The notes below the pieces were generated by a model. The model saw nothing but the letters and a program-made list of their open reading frames with translations, did no database searches and was not told the DNA's origin. A stretch of DNA of 64,000 nt from the NCBI RefSeq assembly GCF_018350175.1, contig NC_058368.1, positions 239,012,001 through 239,076,000 on the forward strand. Reading direction: 5' to 3'. Source of the DNA: Felis catus (lineage: Eukaryota). A program made the translations under genes and the position numbers. Shown here one piece after another: positions 1 through 10,900 of the stretch (position 1 is its first letter; each line of letters opens with the position of its first letter).

Positions 1-327
1 CTTGGGGCTAGAAGATAAGCTTTGGGGGATGAGGAGTGTGTGCGAAGCTTTAGAGTGCTTCGCCTCGTGTGTGTCGTCGGCAAAAGCAGAAACAGATCCT
101 AAACCTTGGTTTCTTTGTGCACAAGATGTTTTCAGAAATCATACGAACGAAATGCGTAACCCGAAATTACCGTGATGGACTAGATGGGACGTTTCTCACT
201 TCTAATTTCTTGATTTCGAAGCTCATTTGCTCCAGAAGCTTAGGTAGAATGCAGGTGGTTTGGGGCTGGCTACTTGCATTATTTTAATTGTTTTGAGCAT
301 GTTGTGTGGCCATGGCCCTTCCGTGGG

Positions 328-719
328 TGCCATGGACTGAACTGTGTCCCCCCCCCCCAAATTCATAAGTTAAAGTGCTAATGCCCACTGTGATGGTATT
401 TGAAGATGGGTCTTCGGGAGGTAATAGGGTTAAATGAAGTCATACGGGTGGGGCCTAATCAAATAGGGTTGGTGGCCTTATAAGAAGAGGATGAGAGAGA
501 CCTTCCCCTCTCTCCCTCCCCTCCTCCTGTGCTCTGGGGAAAGACCTGTGAGGACACAGCCCTCCACAAGCCAGGAAGAGGCCGTCACCAGAACTGGAAC
601 TCGGGCAGAACCTTGCTCTTGGACTTACAGCCTCCAGAAGTGTGAGAAAAATAGATTTCTGTTGTTTAAGGTCCCCGTTCCGCGGCGCTCTGTCCTGGCG
701 GCCCAAGCAAACGAAGACA
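328..719 (+). mobile_element. MaLR solo LTR, MLT1A/B-like
   Basis: TG...CA ends. Recognisable MLT1 motifs: tgccatggactgaactgtgtcccc, gtgatggtatttgaagatggg, ccttataagaagagg, caagccaggaagagg, ggacttacagcctccagaa, tttctgttgtttaag. Confidence 0.85.
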
Positions 720-2589
720 GTGCACGTGCGGGCAAGCCCGCAGGTGACCCAGGCCGCCGGGAGGGTGGGGGCAGGGCGGCCACCGCACGCAGGCCTGCCC
801 CGTGGCCATGGTGAGTAAGGTGGTTATCAGAACGTCAGGCGCAGGCAAGTTCCTGAGGACACTGCCCCAGACACCCTGCCACTCCCCGCGACCCAGGGCC
901 CCAGGCACATTCGGCCTTGCTGTTGTGTGCGTTGTGCACACCACAACTCTGACAGGCGCACTCACGATTCTGCCCGCTGTGGCCTAGCGTGCCGCAGCCC
1001 CGTCTGAAACCACACCTCAGTCAGAGGCAGAGAGGTCGTGGGGGCACCCGAGGGGGGGGCACCGATGGACACGTGGTGTCCTCACCATCCTCAGGCACAG
1101 GCACCGCTGCCCCAGAGCCTTTTAGGAATCTGAAGCACAGGTCTGTTCACCCTCTAGCGCCCACAGATCCCGCCACACAGCACTGTCAGGTCGCACCATT
1201 TCCGGGGCTTGCTTCCTTCTGACCGGGCCTCTCCTGCCCTTGTCCTTGGGCATCCTGTGGCCACCTCTGCAGCATACCATCTGAGGGACGGTCCCCAGCG
1301 CCGGCACTCACACCGGACCCGTGAGTCCACACGATAATGCTCAGCTACCCTGCCCTTTGAAGTGCTTCCTGGATCTCAGAAGCAGCACCCTCCCCCCGCC
1401 ACCCCACCCCAGGAGAATTGCCGTGAGCTCTTAGGACAGGCTCTCGGTGAAAACCCCGGAGGGTGGAGTGGCCAGAGGGTCATCAGGCATCATAGCACAT
1501 GCTGTTCTGGTGGGAATTTGGCCTTCCTGTGGAATGCAAGGGCACCATCTTCAAAGAGGACATTCTCCCTAAGGGTTTCACTCAAGAACCAGGAGAAAAG
1601 AACAGGGAAGGGTGTCTGGGCTAGGGGTGACCCCAATCTTGTCCAGCTGGCACTATCTCTGGGACAGGAGGCTTAGGATTCCTGGGGAGGGAAACAGACA
1701 CGGGTGAGCTGGGAACAACTCTCCAGCTCTCCTCAGCCCCCTGCGCAAGGCCACCCTAGCAGCTAGTCACGTGCTCCCATCACAGATGAAGTGCTCAGCT
1801 CAGTCCGCTCCCCCTGCCCCTTGACCCTGGCCCTCCTCCCCTACCAAGGGTCCCTGGGCTACTGCAGAGGACCTTACAGCTGGCAAGTCCTCAAAGGACA
1901 CCCAGTGAAGACTGAAGCCCTCTGCTGTATCTTCCCAAATAGTCACCCACCCATTTTGTGCTCAGCAGTCCAGCCAATTCACCCTGTTGGGCATGATTTG
2001 AATGCACTTTCTCTCTACCACACTACTGATGACCACCTCCCATCAGCCAGAAACCGGGGAGAGGACCCAAGGAATAAAGCCACCCAGCTCAGCACTGTCC
2101 AGCTCAAGCCTCCGGGCACCCGGACATATATTCTGGTGTTAGAAGATGCATGCATCTGTCCATCTGCCGATCAGCCCACCCATCTGTCCACCCACCCACC
2201 CGACTTCTCCTGAGTGCTCCTGTATGACAGGTACTATTTCAGGAAGGGGGGTTGCAGCCATGAGCCTTGTGGGCTTTGTGGAGCCCCTCACCCATGGAAC
2301 AGACACTCCACGGATGGGCAATCAGCAAACAGACTGAGTGGATGATGTCGGAAGGCATAGAGGAACACGACCGGGAGGGAGGGGAGTTGGGATGTCACAA
2401 CCGTGAGCTGAGAGATCAGCTATGGGAAAAGGAGAAGGTGACATTGCAGCAAAGACGTTGGGAAGCAGAGGGGGTGTGCCAGGGGAGGTGCCCAAGAGGG
2501 CAGCTTGGAGGTCAGAGAGAGGCCTGAGTCCTGGGAGGACTGGGCCTTCCCGCTGAACTGCAGGCTCCAACAGGAGAGCAGGACAGAGC

Positions 2590-2850
2590 AAGTGGGGGGG
2601 GGGCGCACAGGCAAGTGTGGGGGGGTGCAGGCAATTGGGGGGGCGCAGGCAAGTGGCGGGGTGAAGGCAGGTGGGGGTGCAGGCAAGTGGGGGGGTGCAG
2701 GCAGGTGGGGGGTGCAGGCACGTGGCGGGGCACAGGCAGGTGGGGGGTGCAGGCAAGTGGTGGGGTGAAGGCAGGTGGGGGTGCAGGCAGGTGGGGGGGT
2801 GCAGGCAAGAGGAGGGGGTGCAGGCAAGAGGAGGGGGCACAGGCAAGAGG
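2590..2850. repeat. G-rich minisatellite, ~18-20 bp unit (caggca[ag]gtggggg(g)tg), about 13 copies
   Basis: Directly visible tandem iteration. It generates the repetitive PPPAC/GGAG ORFs in the track. Confidence 0.95.
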
Positions 2851-4008
2851 CCTTTGCAGCAGCCCGGTAGCGGCTGGACCTGCTTGCTGAGCAGTGGCTG
2901 GGCTTCCTTTGTATTTTGAAGGCAGGGCCCACAGGTGTACTGAGAGACTGAAGGAGTCAGGCCTGCGTCCTGGGTCTGGGGCAGGACAGCAGGAAGAAGG
3001 GGCCGCCCAGCGCTGAGGCCGCAGGGTGGGCTGGGGAAAGGAAGAAGGGGGGCATTCGCCTGGTCAAGTCTGAGGTGCCCATATGAGCCATCACGGATTA
3101 CTGCTCAGGCAGGGGGGCTGTGGCTAGTTGCCACTGGAGGCCAGGCCCTCAGGTAGAAAGGGCATTGGGGTCTGAGCCTCCCAGCTGGGCTCTGAGGGCC
3201 GGGGTGGAGGGTCCCTCGGGGAAGGAACAGGGCCACCATGCAGGGGGCAGGGCAGAACCACTTGGATCGGGCACCACCCCAGGTTTGGTGGGAGAGGACC
3301 TGGTTTCGGATGACTTGTTCCAACTGTTAGGAAATGCAGGTGCATATTGAAGACATAGCTCAAGGCTTGCGCCTGGCCCCCTTCTGGACCCTGGGGCCTC
3401 CAGTGGGGTCCACAAGCCCCAGGCCCTGCATCTCTGGATAAGCTTGGGGCCAATGTGCCCGCAGCTGCCCCAGGCAACTCGGGAGCGAGCTAACGCCACT
3501 GAGGGGCGCCCGAGACACCTGGAGCCCACCAAGCCCCCAGCCAAGCCCGCAGGGACCGGTCGCTGCCGCGATCCCCACCTCACCCCGCTCCGGGGAGTCG
3601 CGCGCCTGGACCTCCCGGCCCGCGCCCTCCAGCCCCTGGACAGGGACAGGGTGGAACGGGGAGGCGCGCGGGCCATAGAGGAGGGAAGTAGAGGGGCCCC
3701 GCTCGCGGGAGTTCGGAGAGGAGGTCAGGGAGACCAGTCGGCCCCGGGTGGGCGTGTGCAGGCTGGGCTGGCGTGCCAGGAGCGTGCGACGGTGTCCGTG
3801 CTCGCGTGCGCGCAGCGGGGGCGGGAAGGCCCCGCCCCGGGGCGGGAGGGGGCTGCTGGATTAAAGGCCACCGTGGCGGGCGGGGACCAGGACAGGAGCC
3901 CGCACCCGGCGAGCGCTTGGCTCCGCGCCGCCCTGAGAGAGTCCCTGGAGGGGGCGGGGGGCGCGCCCCGCACGTCCACCCGCCCGGGAGCAGCAGGACC
4001 CACACGAC

Positions 4009-4032
4009 ATGCGCGTCCGGAACGGGCGCTGA
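4009..4032 (+). promoter_or_regulatory. Upstream ORF (MRVRNGR*) in the SLC9A3 5'UTR
   Basis: atg cgc gtc cgg aac ggg cgc tga. Same frame as the main ATG; its stop ends 12 nt before it. Confidence 0.7.
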
Positions 4033-4044
4033 ACGGTGGCGGCG

Positions 4045-4252
4045 ATGTCGGGGCGCGGGGCTCCGGGCCCCAGGTGCGGGCTGCTGCTGGCGCTGCTGCT
4101 GGCGCTGGGCGCGCTGCCGCGGGCGCGGGGCGTCGAGGAGCAGTCTGGGGGCGCGAGCCAAGGCTTTCAGGTGGTCAGCTTCAAGTGGCACCACGTCAAG
4201 GACCCGTACATCATCGCGCTGTGGATCCTCGTGGCCAGCCTGGCCAAGATCG
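4045..4252 (+). CDS. SLC9A3: Sodium/hydrogen exchanger 3 (NHE3), coding exon 1
   Basis: gcgATG start; [22 protein letters not shown] signal-like segment, then [29 protein letters not shown]; donor G|gtaag. Confidence 0.97.
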
Positions 4253-4879
4253 GTAAGAAGCCGGGGGTCCCGGCCCCGCCGCGACTTCCTCCCGCGCTTG
4301 TCCCCGCCGGGTCGCGGGGTGGGGCGGGGCGGGGCGGGGCGGGGGGCTGTCTGCGCGACCCCGCCCGCGAGTACGGAGCTGTGCTCCCGCGTTCGCGCTC
4401 CTGCGCCGGCTCCGCAGTCTCCCTGGCCCAGCGGCAGCCACCCCGCGGTCGGGCCTGGGGAGCGCCCCGTCGGCCCCACGTAGGCAGGCCCGCGGGTCAG
4501 GCGGGGCGAGGCGGGGACCGCGAGCCTGGCCGGGCCCGCAGCGGCCACGCTGGTCGCCGAGAGCGACCTGATCCCCTCCAGGCGCGCGCCGCCCCGGGTC
4601 CCGGGGTCCCGCGGTCGGGGCTCCCTTGTGCCGCACCCCGGCCTGGATCCCCGAGCTCCCTCGGCCAGGGGTTGTGTGTGTCGGGCTCGTCCAGCTGTTT
4701 CGTGCGGGGAGGCAGCGCGAGCTCTTGCCATCGAGCCCTGGGGCGATAAGGAAAGTGGGGCCGCTCGAGATTCAACCCGGCAAAATCCTATTTGCGGGAG
4801 CGATTTTTCCGTTGACAGTGCTTCTCCTCCCAAACCCCTGGTCTGTGGGATTTCTCATAACTCGCTTCAGTGAGCCAGC

Positions 4880-4900
4880 GGGGGGGGGGGGGGGGGGGGG
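4880..4900. repeat. Poly-G tract (21 nt)
   Basis: Directly visible. Confidence 0.9.
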
Positions 4901-7900
4901 CTGCTGGTCGCTCCCAGCCAAGGTGACAGGAAGGTCAGCTTCTTAAAAGCTCGTGGGGACCAAAGTTTCAACGCGTTGGGCACCGGCAGGGAGGGTCTGG
5001 GGAGGCGGTGGACGCGCCAGTAACTGACTGGGCGGAGTCAGGGGAGAGGACACCGCCCCAGGGATCAGCGGGAGGCTGGGATTTGGGAGTGGGGAGGGGC
5101 AGGAGAGGGGAGAGGGCTCTCCAGGGCCTTGGGCTCTGACCTTTTCAGCCGGCTGGAGCGTCGTCGGCTCCGGGGACAGCGTGCGACAGAATTTGAACCT
5201 GGGGTTTGGATGCCTGGAGGGCGGGCAGCACTGGGTTCCCCGGGTGCCCACCCACCGGCCGGCCGCCTCCCTGCCCTTCCCTGTCTGCTTTCTGCTTCTT
5301 GAGGGCACTGTCCATCCCTCTGCCTCCTCCTGTTTTCTCAGGCATCTCTTCCCTGGCCCTGGCTGCCCGGTCTGGTGCTCACTCTGTCCCACGCTGGGCT
5401 TTCTGGGATACCGGAGTAAACCTGAGCACCAAGGTCTCATCCGTGTGTCTCCTCCGGACACCCCTGCTGGGGGCAAAGGACGCTGGCCGCTTTCTGCCGG
5501 TCATCTACTGGACAGGTCCAGTCCCGGGCCGGGGCTCTGAGAGGCCTGTCCTGACTAACACTCACACTGCCTGCACCACCACCACCCACCCCTCCCCCCC
5601 AGGAACTGACCGTTTCTGGGGCTGAGTGGGGGCTCTTGTCCTCTGCCACCTTTTCTCTTCTGTGAAACCACCACCGTAAAGATGACAATGTGCGCGGGGT
5701 GAACCCGTGACAGTCTGGGGAGCCACACAGGGACATGGAACACCCTTGTTTCCTGAAGCAAATGCTTTCTTTGCAAAGCTGGGGCTTCCCCGAGTCCAGC
5801 CGTGGCATCTGACATTCCAGTGACAGCCGCCCGCCCAAGCTGCCCGTGGCCCTGAGGGGAGGCTGCCGGGAAAGGTCTCACTGAGCAGAGTATTGGCCCC
5901 AGGAGTTCGTCACCCACCTGGGAAGAGCTGTGGACCTGTGAGTCTCCAGCGCGGCCAGACTTGTCCTGAGGGGGACCTCTCCGGGGCAGGGTGGCCACCC
6001 GCTCCAGCCAGTTCTGCTTCACAGTCAGAGCAAAGCCCAGAGTTCGTTTTCCTGCCCACACTCACTTAAAAGGGCTTGTTGTGCAAGCACCACATGCTCA
6101 TTCCATTGTTGTCTGGGATTGCTGACCCCCCTCGAAGGGGGAACAGTCAAGCCTGGAGACCAGGGGTTCTAAGGACAACATGGAAAGGACCCCAAGGGAA
6201 GGCCTGTGGGGCTGACCCAGCCTCCCCCCTTCAGGGCCGTCCTGCTCTGGGCCAAGCCATGCCCCGGCCCTGCCCACACCATCCGTCCCTCGGGCTCAAC
6301 CCCTTAGTCCTGTAGCCTGGAATCTGCTGCACTGACCCTGCCCAGGTCCTCAAGGTCCTCCTGGTGGCTCAGGATGGTCCTCGGGTGACCCCCACCTCGG
6401 CCCTTTCCTTTGCAGTCCCCCAAGCCCCTCCACTCTGTCCCTTTGCCCATCGTCCCTCAGACATCGTTTCTCCATCCACCTTGGGACCCCACCCCCTGCT
6501 GCCTCTGGCCTTCCAGGGCTCAACATCCAAACCAAATCTTAGCAAACAAGCCGGCCCTACAAAGCAAGATCTACATCAAAGAAAGCGGTCACCTCACCTC
6601 AGTGGCCTGCATTCACTCTTGACCAGATCCACTGAGCTCCAGCTCCACCTCCTCCCCGGTCAGGACCCCCACCCACCCCACCCCCATGATCCATTGTTCT
6701 CTGCAGAGAGAAGCAGAGACCTAACCTGGTCCATGGTTATACCCCAGGGGTTCCCCAACGACTGGCCCACCTCCCTGCCCTGTGGCATCCCCCACTTCCC
6801 GACCCACATACCTGGCCCCAGATCAGGACGTCACCCAGGCCCCTCCCAGTGCAGCCAGCACCTGCGCACAAGCCCCACAGAGCACTCCTAGCCACGCCTT
6901 CATATGCATCCAGGTTGGGACCCGAGGCGGAGGCCGTGTGGTGGTGTGTCCAGCGTGTGCACAGATGAGGGCAAGCTTTGGGTCCCAGCGTCCTCCCTTC
7001 TTGACTCCGCAGTCCAGGGCTCATGTTCATGAGATTCTCAGGCCCCTTTGGTCATTGGAAACGGTCAGGCTATTTCGATCTCAAGGTGCAGGAGCAGGAG
7101 AAGAGAGGGGTTTCTACTGATTTCCAAGCATTTGCCAAATGTCTTACCAATGGTTCCAGGTGTTTATTTTAGTTTCGGTCAGATTTCTTCCAGCCACGGG
7201 TGGTCAGGGCAACAGGGTGAAGGGGCCTGGAACAGACAGGACAATTAGGTGCGGGGACGAGGGACAAAGCAATAATTCATGCCAATGTTTTGAGGCAGCT
7301 GCTCCCCTCAAGCAGCTTTGGCCAGAGGGCAGGGTCATGGCCACCAGAAAGCTGGCCCAGGAATCTGTGGGCCAGGAGTCTGTGGGCCCAGGAGTCTGTG
7401 GCTGCTGAGGTCACGGACCCACAACCCCTAAGACCCCATGTCTAGGGCTCAGCAAAGGACTTACTGTTTGCATCTGGACCTCCAGGGGCCCCCTGCCCAT
7501 AGCTGCATCTTTAGGAAATTCAGAAGGGGAGTAGGGTGCCACTGAGGCCAGGGAGCCCATGCACAGGTGAGGCCTGCAGGGCCAGAGAGGTTGAGGGACC
7601 CACTGCAGCGGGACAGTGTCTGCCCCTGGGTGGGGGGTGATTCCCTCCTCTGGACCCCTGGGGGGGAGGCCTGAGCCTGCAAAGGCCCAGGGTCTTGGGC
7701 CTTGGACCAAGCTGGGCCTTTTCCCCTTAACTGCATTCTCTCTCCTCAGACCTTCCTTCGAGGCCAAAGGCTGGGCCAGCACAAGGCCCACGTTGGCCAT
7801 GCATAGGTCGTGAGGCAGCAGAGCATGGGGTAGAGGGCCCGCTTGGGTGGTGGGGATCCAGGTGGCTTCGGGAGACAGAGCTCTGGAGTTGCCACCAGGA

Positions 7901-10900
7901 AAGGTGCCTTCTAGAGGAAGAGGCAGGTTAGAATGTTGGAGGCCAGAGGGGAGACCAGAGGGAGGCAGAGGGGAGGCTGGAGGAGGCCAGACCAGCACAA
8001 CCAGACCCTGGAGAACTTTGACCTCTGCCCGGGTGGCACAAAGAGGAGGGAATTGAACAGACCTGGGCTCTCAGATTATTGCCTTGGTCGTAGGTCAGGG
8101 AATGGACATTGGCGAGGGGGGGCGGGCACCAGAGGAGATTCTGGGGAAGGGGCAGTTGTAGGTTGACTGGGTCCATGTATTCCCAAGCATTAGGTAGGGG
8201 CTATTTCAGTGGACAGATGTGGCTCAGGTATCCAGCTGACAGCCGGGTGGGTCCAGGGCAAAAGGTGGGCAGTGAGTCAGGTCAGGGAGGAGCCTCCTGA
8301 GGGGGTCGGGACCCTGCCGGTGAGGAGACAGGCCCGAGCCATGAGACCCCTGGACAGGACGGGCTACGCTTGTAGCGGCCGAGGTGAGGGGCAGTGTTGG
8401 TGTGGGTGGGCCAGTGAGAAACCCAGTCTGAGGCCCCCTGAAAGTGCAGTTCGCGGTGTGCAGGGGCCGGAGGCCAGGGGCCCCTGACTCTGGCTGGCTG
8501 GGAAGTGGTGGCCTCACCCTCTGAGCCTGAGAATCTGTGCTGTCTACACCATGGCCTCTCCCGGGAAAGGGGGCGGCCTGGGCTCACATCCCACCCACTC
8601 AAACCTGGCAGAAACACCCCCAGGAGGACCCCAGTGGCCGATGGGACCGTCTGGCTTCGAGGGCTGGAGGCTCAGGGGTGGTGGCAAGTCGCCTCTCCCG
8701 GTCCCCGTACCTCCAGCACCCTTGAGGCTTTGCAAGCCCTCCCCTCGATGTGATGCCTCCCTCTTCACTCCTGGTCTTGGGGGAAGAGACCCCGGGGGGG
8801 TCTTTCATAACCAGTGCGAAGACCAGGGCCTGCTGTACAGCGTCCACAGCCTCGGACCCATGTTGAGCCTCCACAGGAAGTTCTTCTTCCCAGTTATGCT
8901 CCAGCTGGAGCGCAGCCCTGGGATCACGCCTTCCGGTACGCTAGCTGCTGGCTCATCGATCCAGTTTCTCGGGCCTCGGGGCCCCGTGCTCCTGGCCCCA
9001 ATTCTCGTCGCTTCCAAAGTGCTTTTCCTACCGTTATGATTTCACCCTTGAGTGGGGGCACTTACGCCGCAGGCCTGGGACGTCCCTGGGTATCCACCCA
9101 CATACTCCGTTGTCTTGCCCAGGCACCTGGGGAGCCGGGGCCACTGGCCCAGACACCCCGCCTAATCCACTCTTTCTCTGAGGTACAGCCACAGGGGCTG
9201 GGCCTCTGCCCCAGGCACATGCCCAGGCTGTGGGGGAAGCCAGGGGTGGGTATTTACCTCCTGGCGTTAAAACCAGAAGCTTATGGGTTTTACTTCATGT
9301 GCTCTGGTCCTAGGACCAGGAGCCCCTGGGGCTGAGCCTCACCCTTGTCCTACTCTCTCCTGTGGGTTCCAGGGCGCTCTCCATCATGCTCTCCTGCCTG
9401 CCTCCACTGAATTTGCCTTGCTCCTCTCGGAGGAATGCATGAGGGGATCTGGAAAAGGAGGAAGGGCAGGGCAGGTGCCATCCTCCCAGCGGTAGATGAG
9501 CCAGTGGGCCCTAGTGGACCCCAGTCCTGGCAGGACCCAGTAAGTGGGCCTGGAGTCGAGACCCATCATCCAAAGCCTGGAACCAAGGGCCCTCCCAAGA
9601 GCCTCTACCAGATGGAGGTGTAGAGTCTCACTTTTCAGGAACTGCCCATGGGGGAATTAGCCCCAGGCTGTAAAGCAATCCATGGGCATTTGGAGCTAAG
9701 GTATAACACTGAAATATTCCAAGGAAAGAGGGGCAAAGGTTGGGAAGTGCTGATAGCATCCAGTCCTGCTTGCTCATGGAAGGGACTCCCCAGAAAGGCT
9801 CTGCCTGGGCCAACTTCCTGTAAGCAGAGAGGTTCTTGGCCTTATTCCCAAGGCACCAAGCCCCTTTGCGGGGGTCTGGACCGTGGTCAGGGGAGTGCAC
9901 GGTGCTCTGTGATCTAGTCGCAGACCTGTCTCTGTGCCCTCCTGACCTGTCCCTCACTCAGCCTTGCACTTGGTTTCTCCGCACATGTGTCAGGACACCC
10001 CCCTCCCCAGTTCTTGCCCCTCGAGGATGGGGCTGCGGGTTCCTCTATGTCCGCATGGGTTGGAGGAGAGTTTTCCTGTCACACAGGCCAGGCTCCTGAG
10101 CCGGGGGCTGAAGCTTGCGTTCCCACCCACGCCCACGCACCGTCCCCCAGTGTCCGAAGCCCTGCTGATATCGAGTTTTACCTGGAGGGGTGGCCGGGGC
10201 GGATGAGGGACGGGGCTCTGCTCTCTGCCACCTGCCCTGCCTTGGCACCTGCTCATGGCTGCCTTCAGAGAAGGCCCCTTTGGCTCCTCCTGGCTGGGTC
10301 CTGGGACAGGCCTGTTCCCAGGAGCACAGGGCCCATGGCTCTGGCCACTGTCAGGCATCGGGTCCGAGTCTCCAGGTCTTGGGTGCTTGGCTAGGTTTGA
10401 ACAGAGCCTGCTCAACCAGCCTCTCCGCCCTGGAGCCCAGACCGGGTGGTTTCCCGCCTGGGCCGTGGGCAGCACAGTTGGGGTCCCTGTCCCCGGCACC
10501 TTCCCTGGGCGGGTCTCTGCTCCCACCCTGTGCCCGCGCCTTCCCTCCTATCCTGCCTCCCAGCCCTCCCTCCTGACCTTCCCTGCCTCTGCTTTCCCAT
10601 CTTCTGTCTTCTCTCTCTGCTCAGGCCAGGGAAGAAGGGGTGCTGAGTGAACCCAGGTGCTGCGAGGGCCCCTCCCCACCCCGGCCCTGCCTGCAGAGCC
10701 TGTGCGACTGGAGGATGACAAGCTCAGGGGCCCCTGGGCTGGGGGGCAGGTATCCCATTAGTGAAGGCGGAGGGGCTGGTGGGGCCACAGAGGCCCCAAG
10801 AGCCGTTGGGACAGGAGCGGGATGGCCCGATGGGTGTGTGGTGGCTTCCATCCTGGCTGTGGCCCTGGCATGTGTGGCTCCCCTAGATTCCAGTGAAAAC

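Larger units (their letters stand above)
3470..4760 (+). promoter_or_regulatory. SLC9A3: CpG-island promoter of SLC9A3, with atypical TATA (ATTAAA 3860-3865) and GC boxes
   Basis: Very high CpG density spanning exon 1. GC boxes at 3817-3850 sit just upstream of ggATTAAAgg. GATAAG 3437-3442, CCAAT 3450-3454, and (GGGGC)4 at 4321-4340. Confidence 0.8.

Noticed and set aside
2190..2500. Possible L2/MIR remnants (also 20990-21440 and 37880-38070)
   Set aside because: Too degraded to call without a RepeatMasker search.
3444..4833. Long overlapping ORFs (270, 417, 236 aa) around exon 1
   Set aside because: CpG-island composition suppresses stop codons. They are Arg/Gly/Pro-rich with no domain. 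Only 4045-4252 matches NHE3.
7352..7400. 16-17 bp x3 repeat (ggcccaggagtctgtg); similar micro-duplications at 25756-25790 and 61224-61251
   Set aside because: Ordinary slippage duplications with no further signal.
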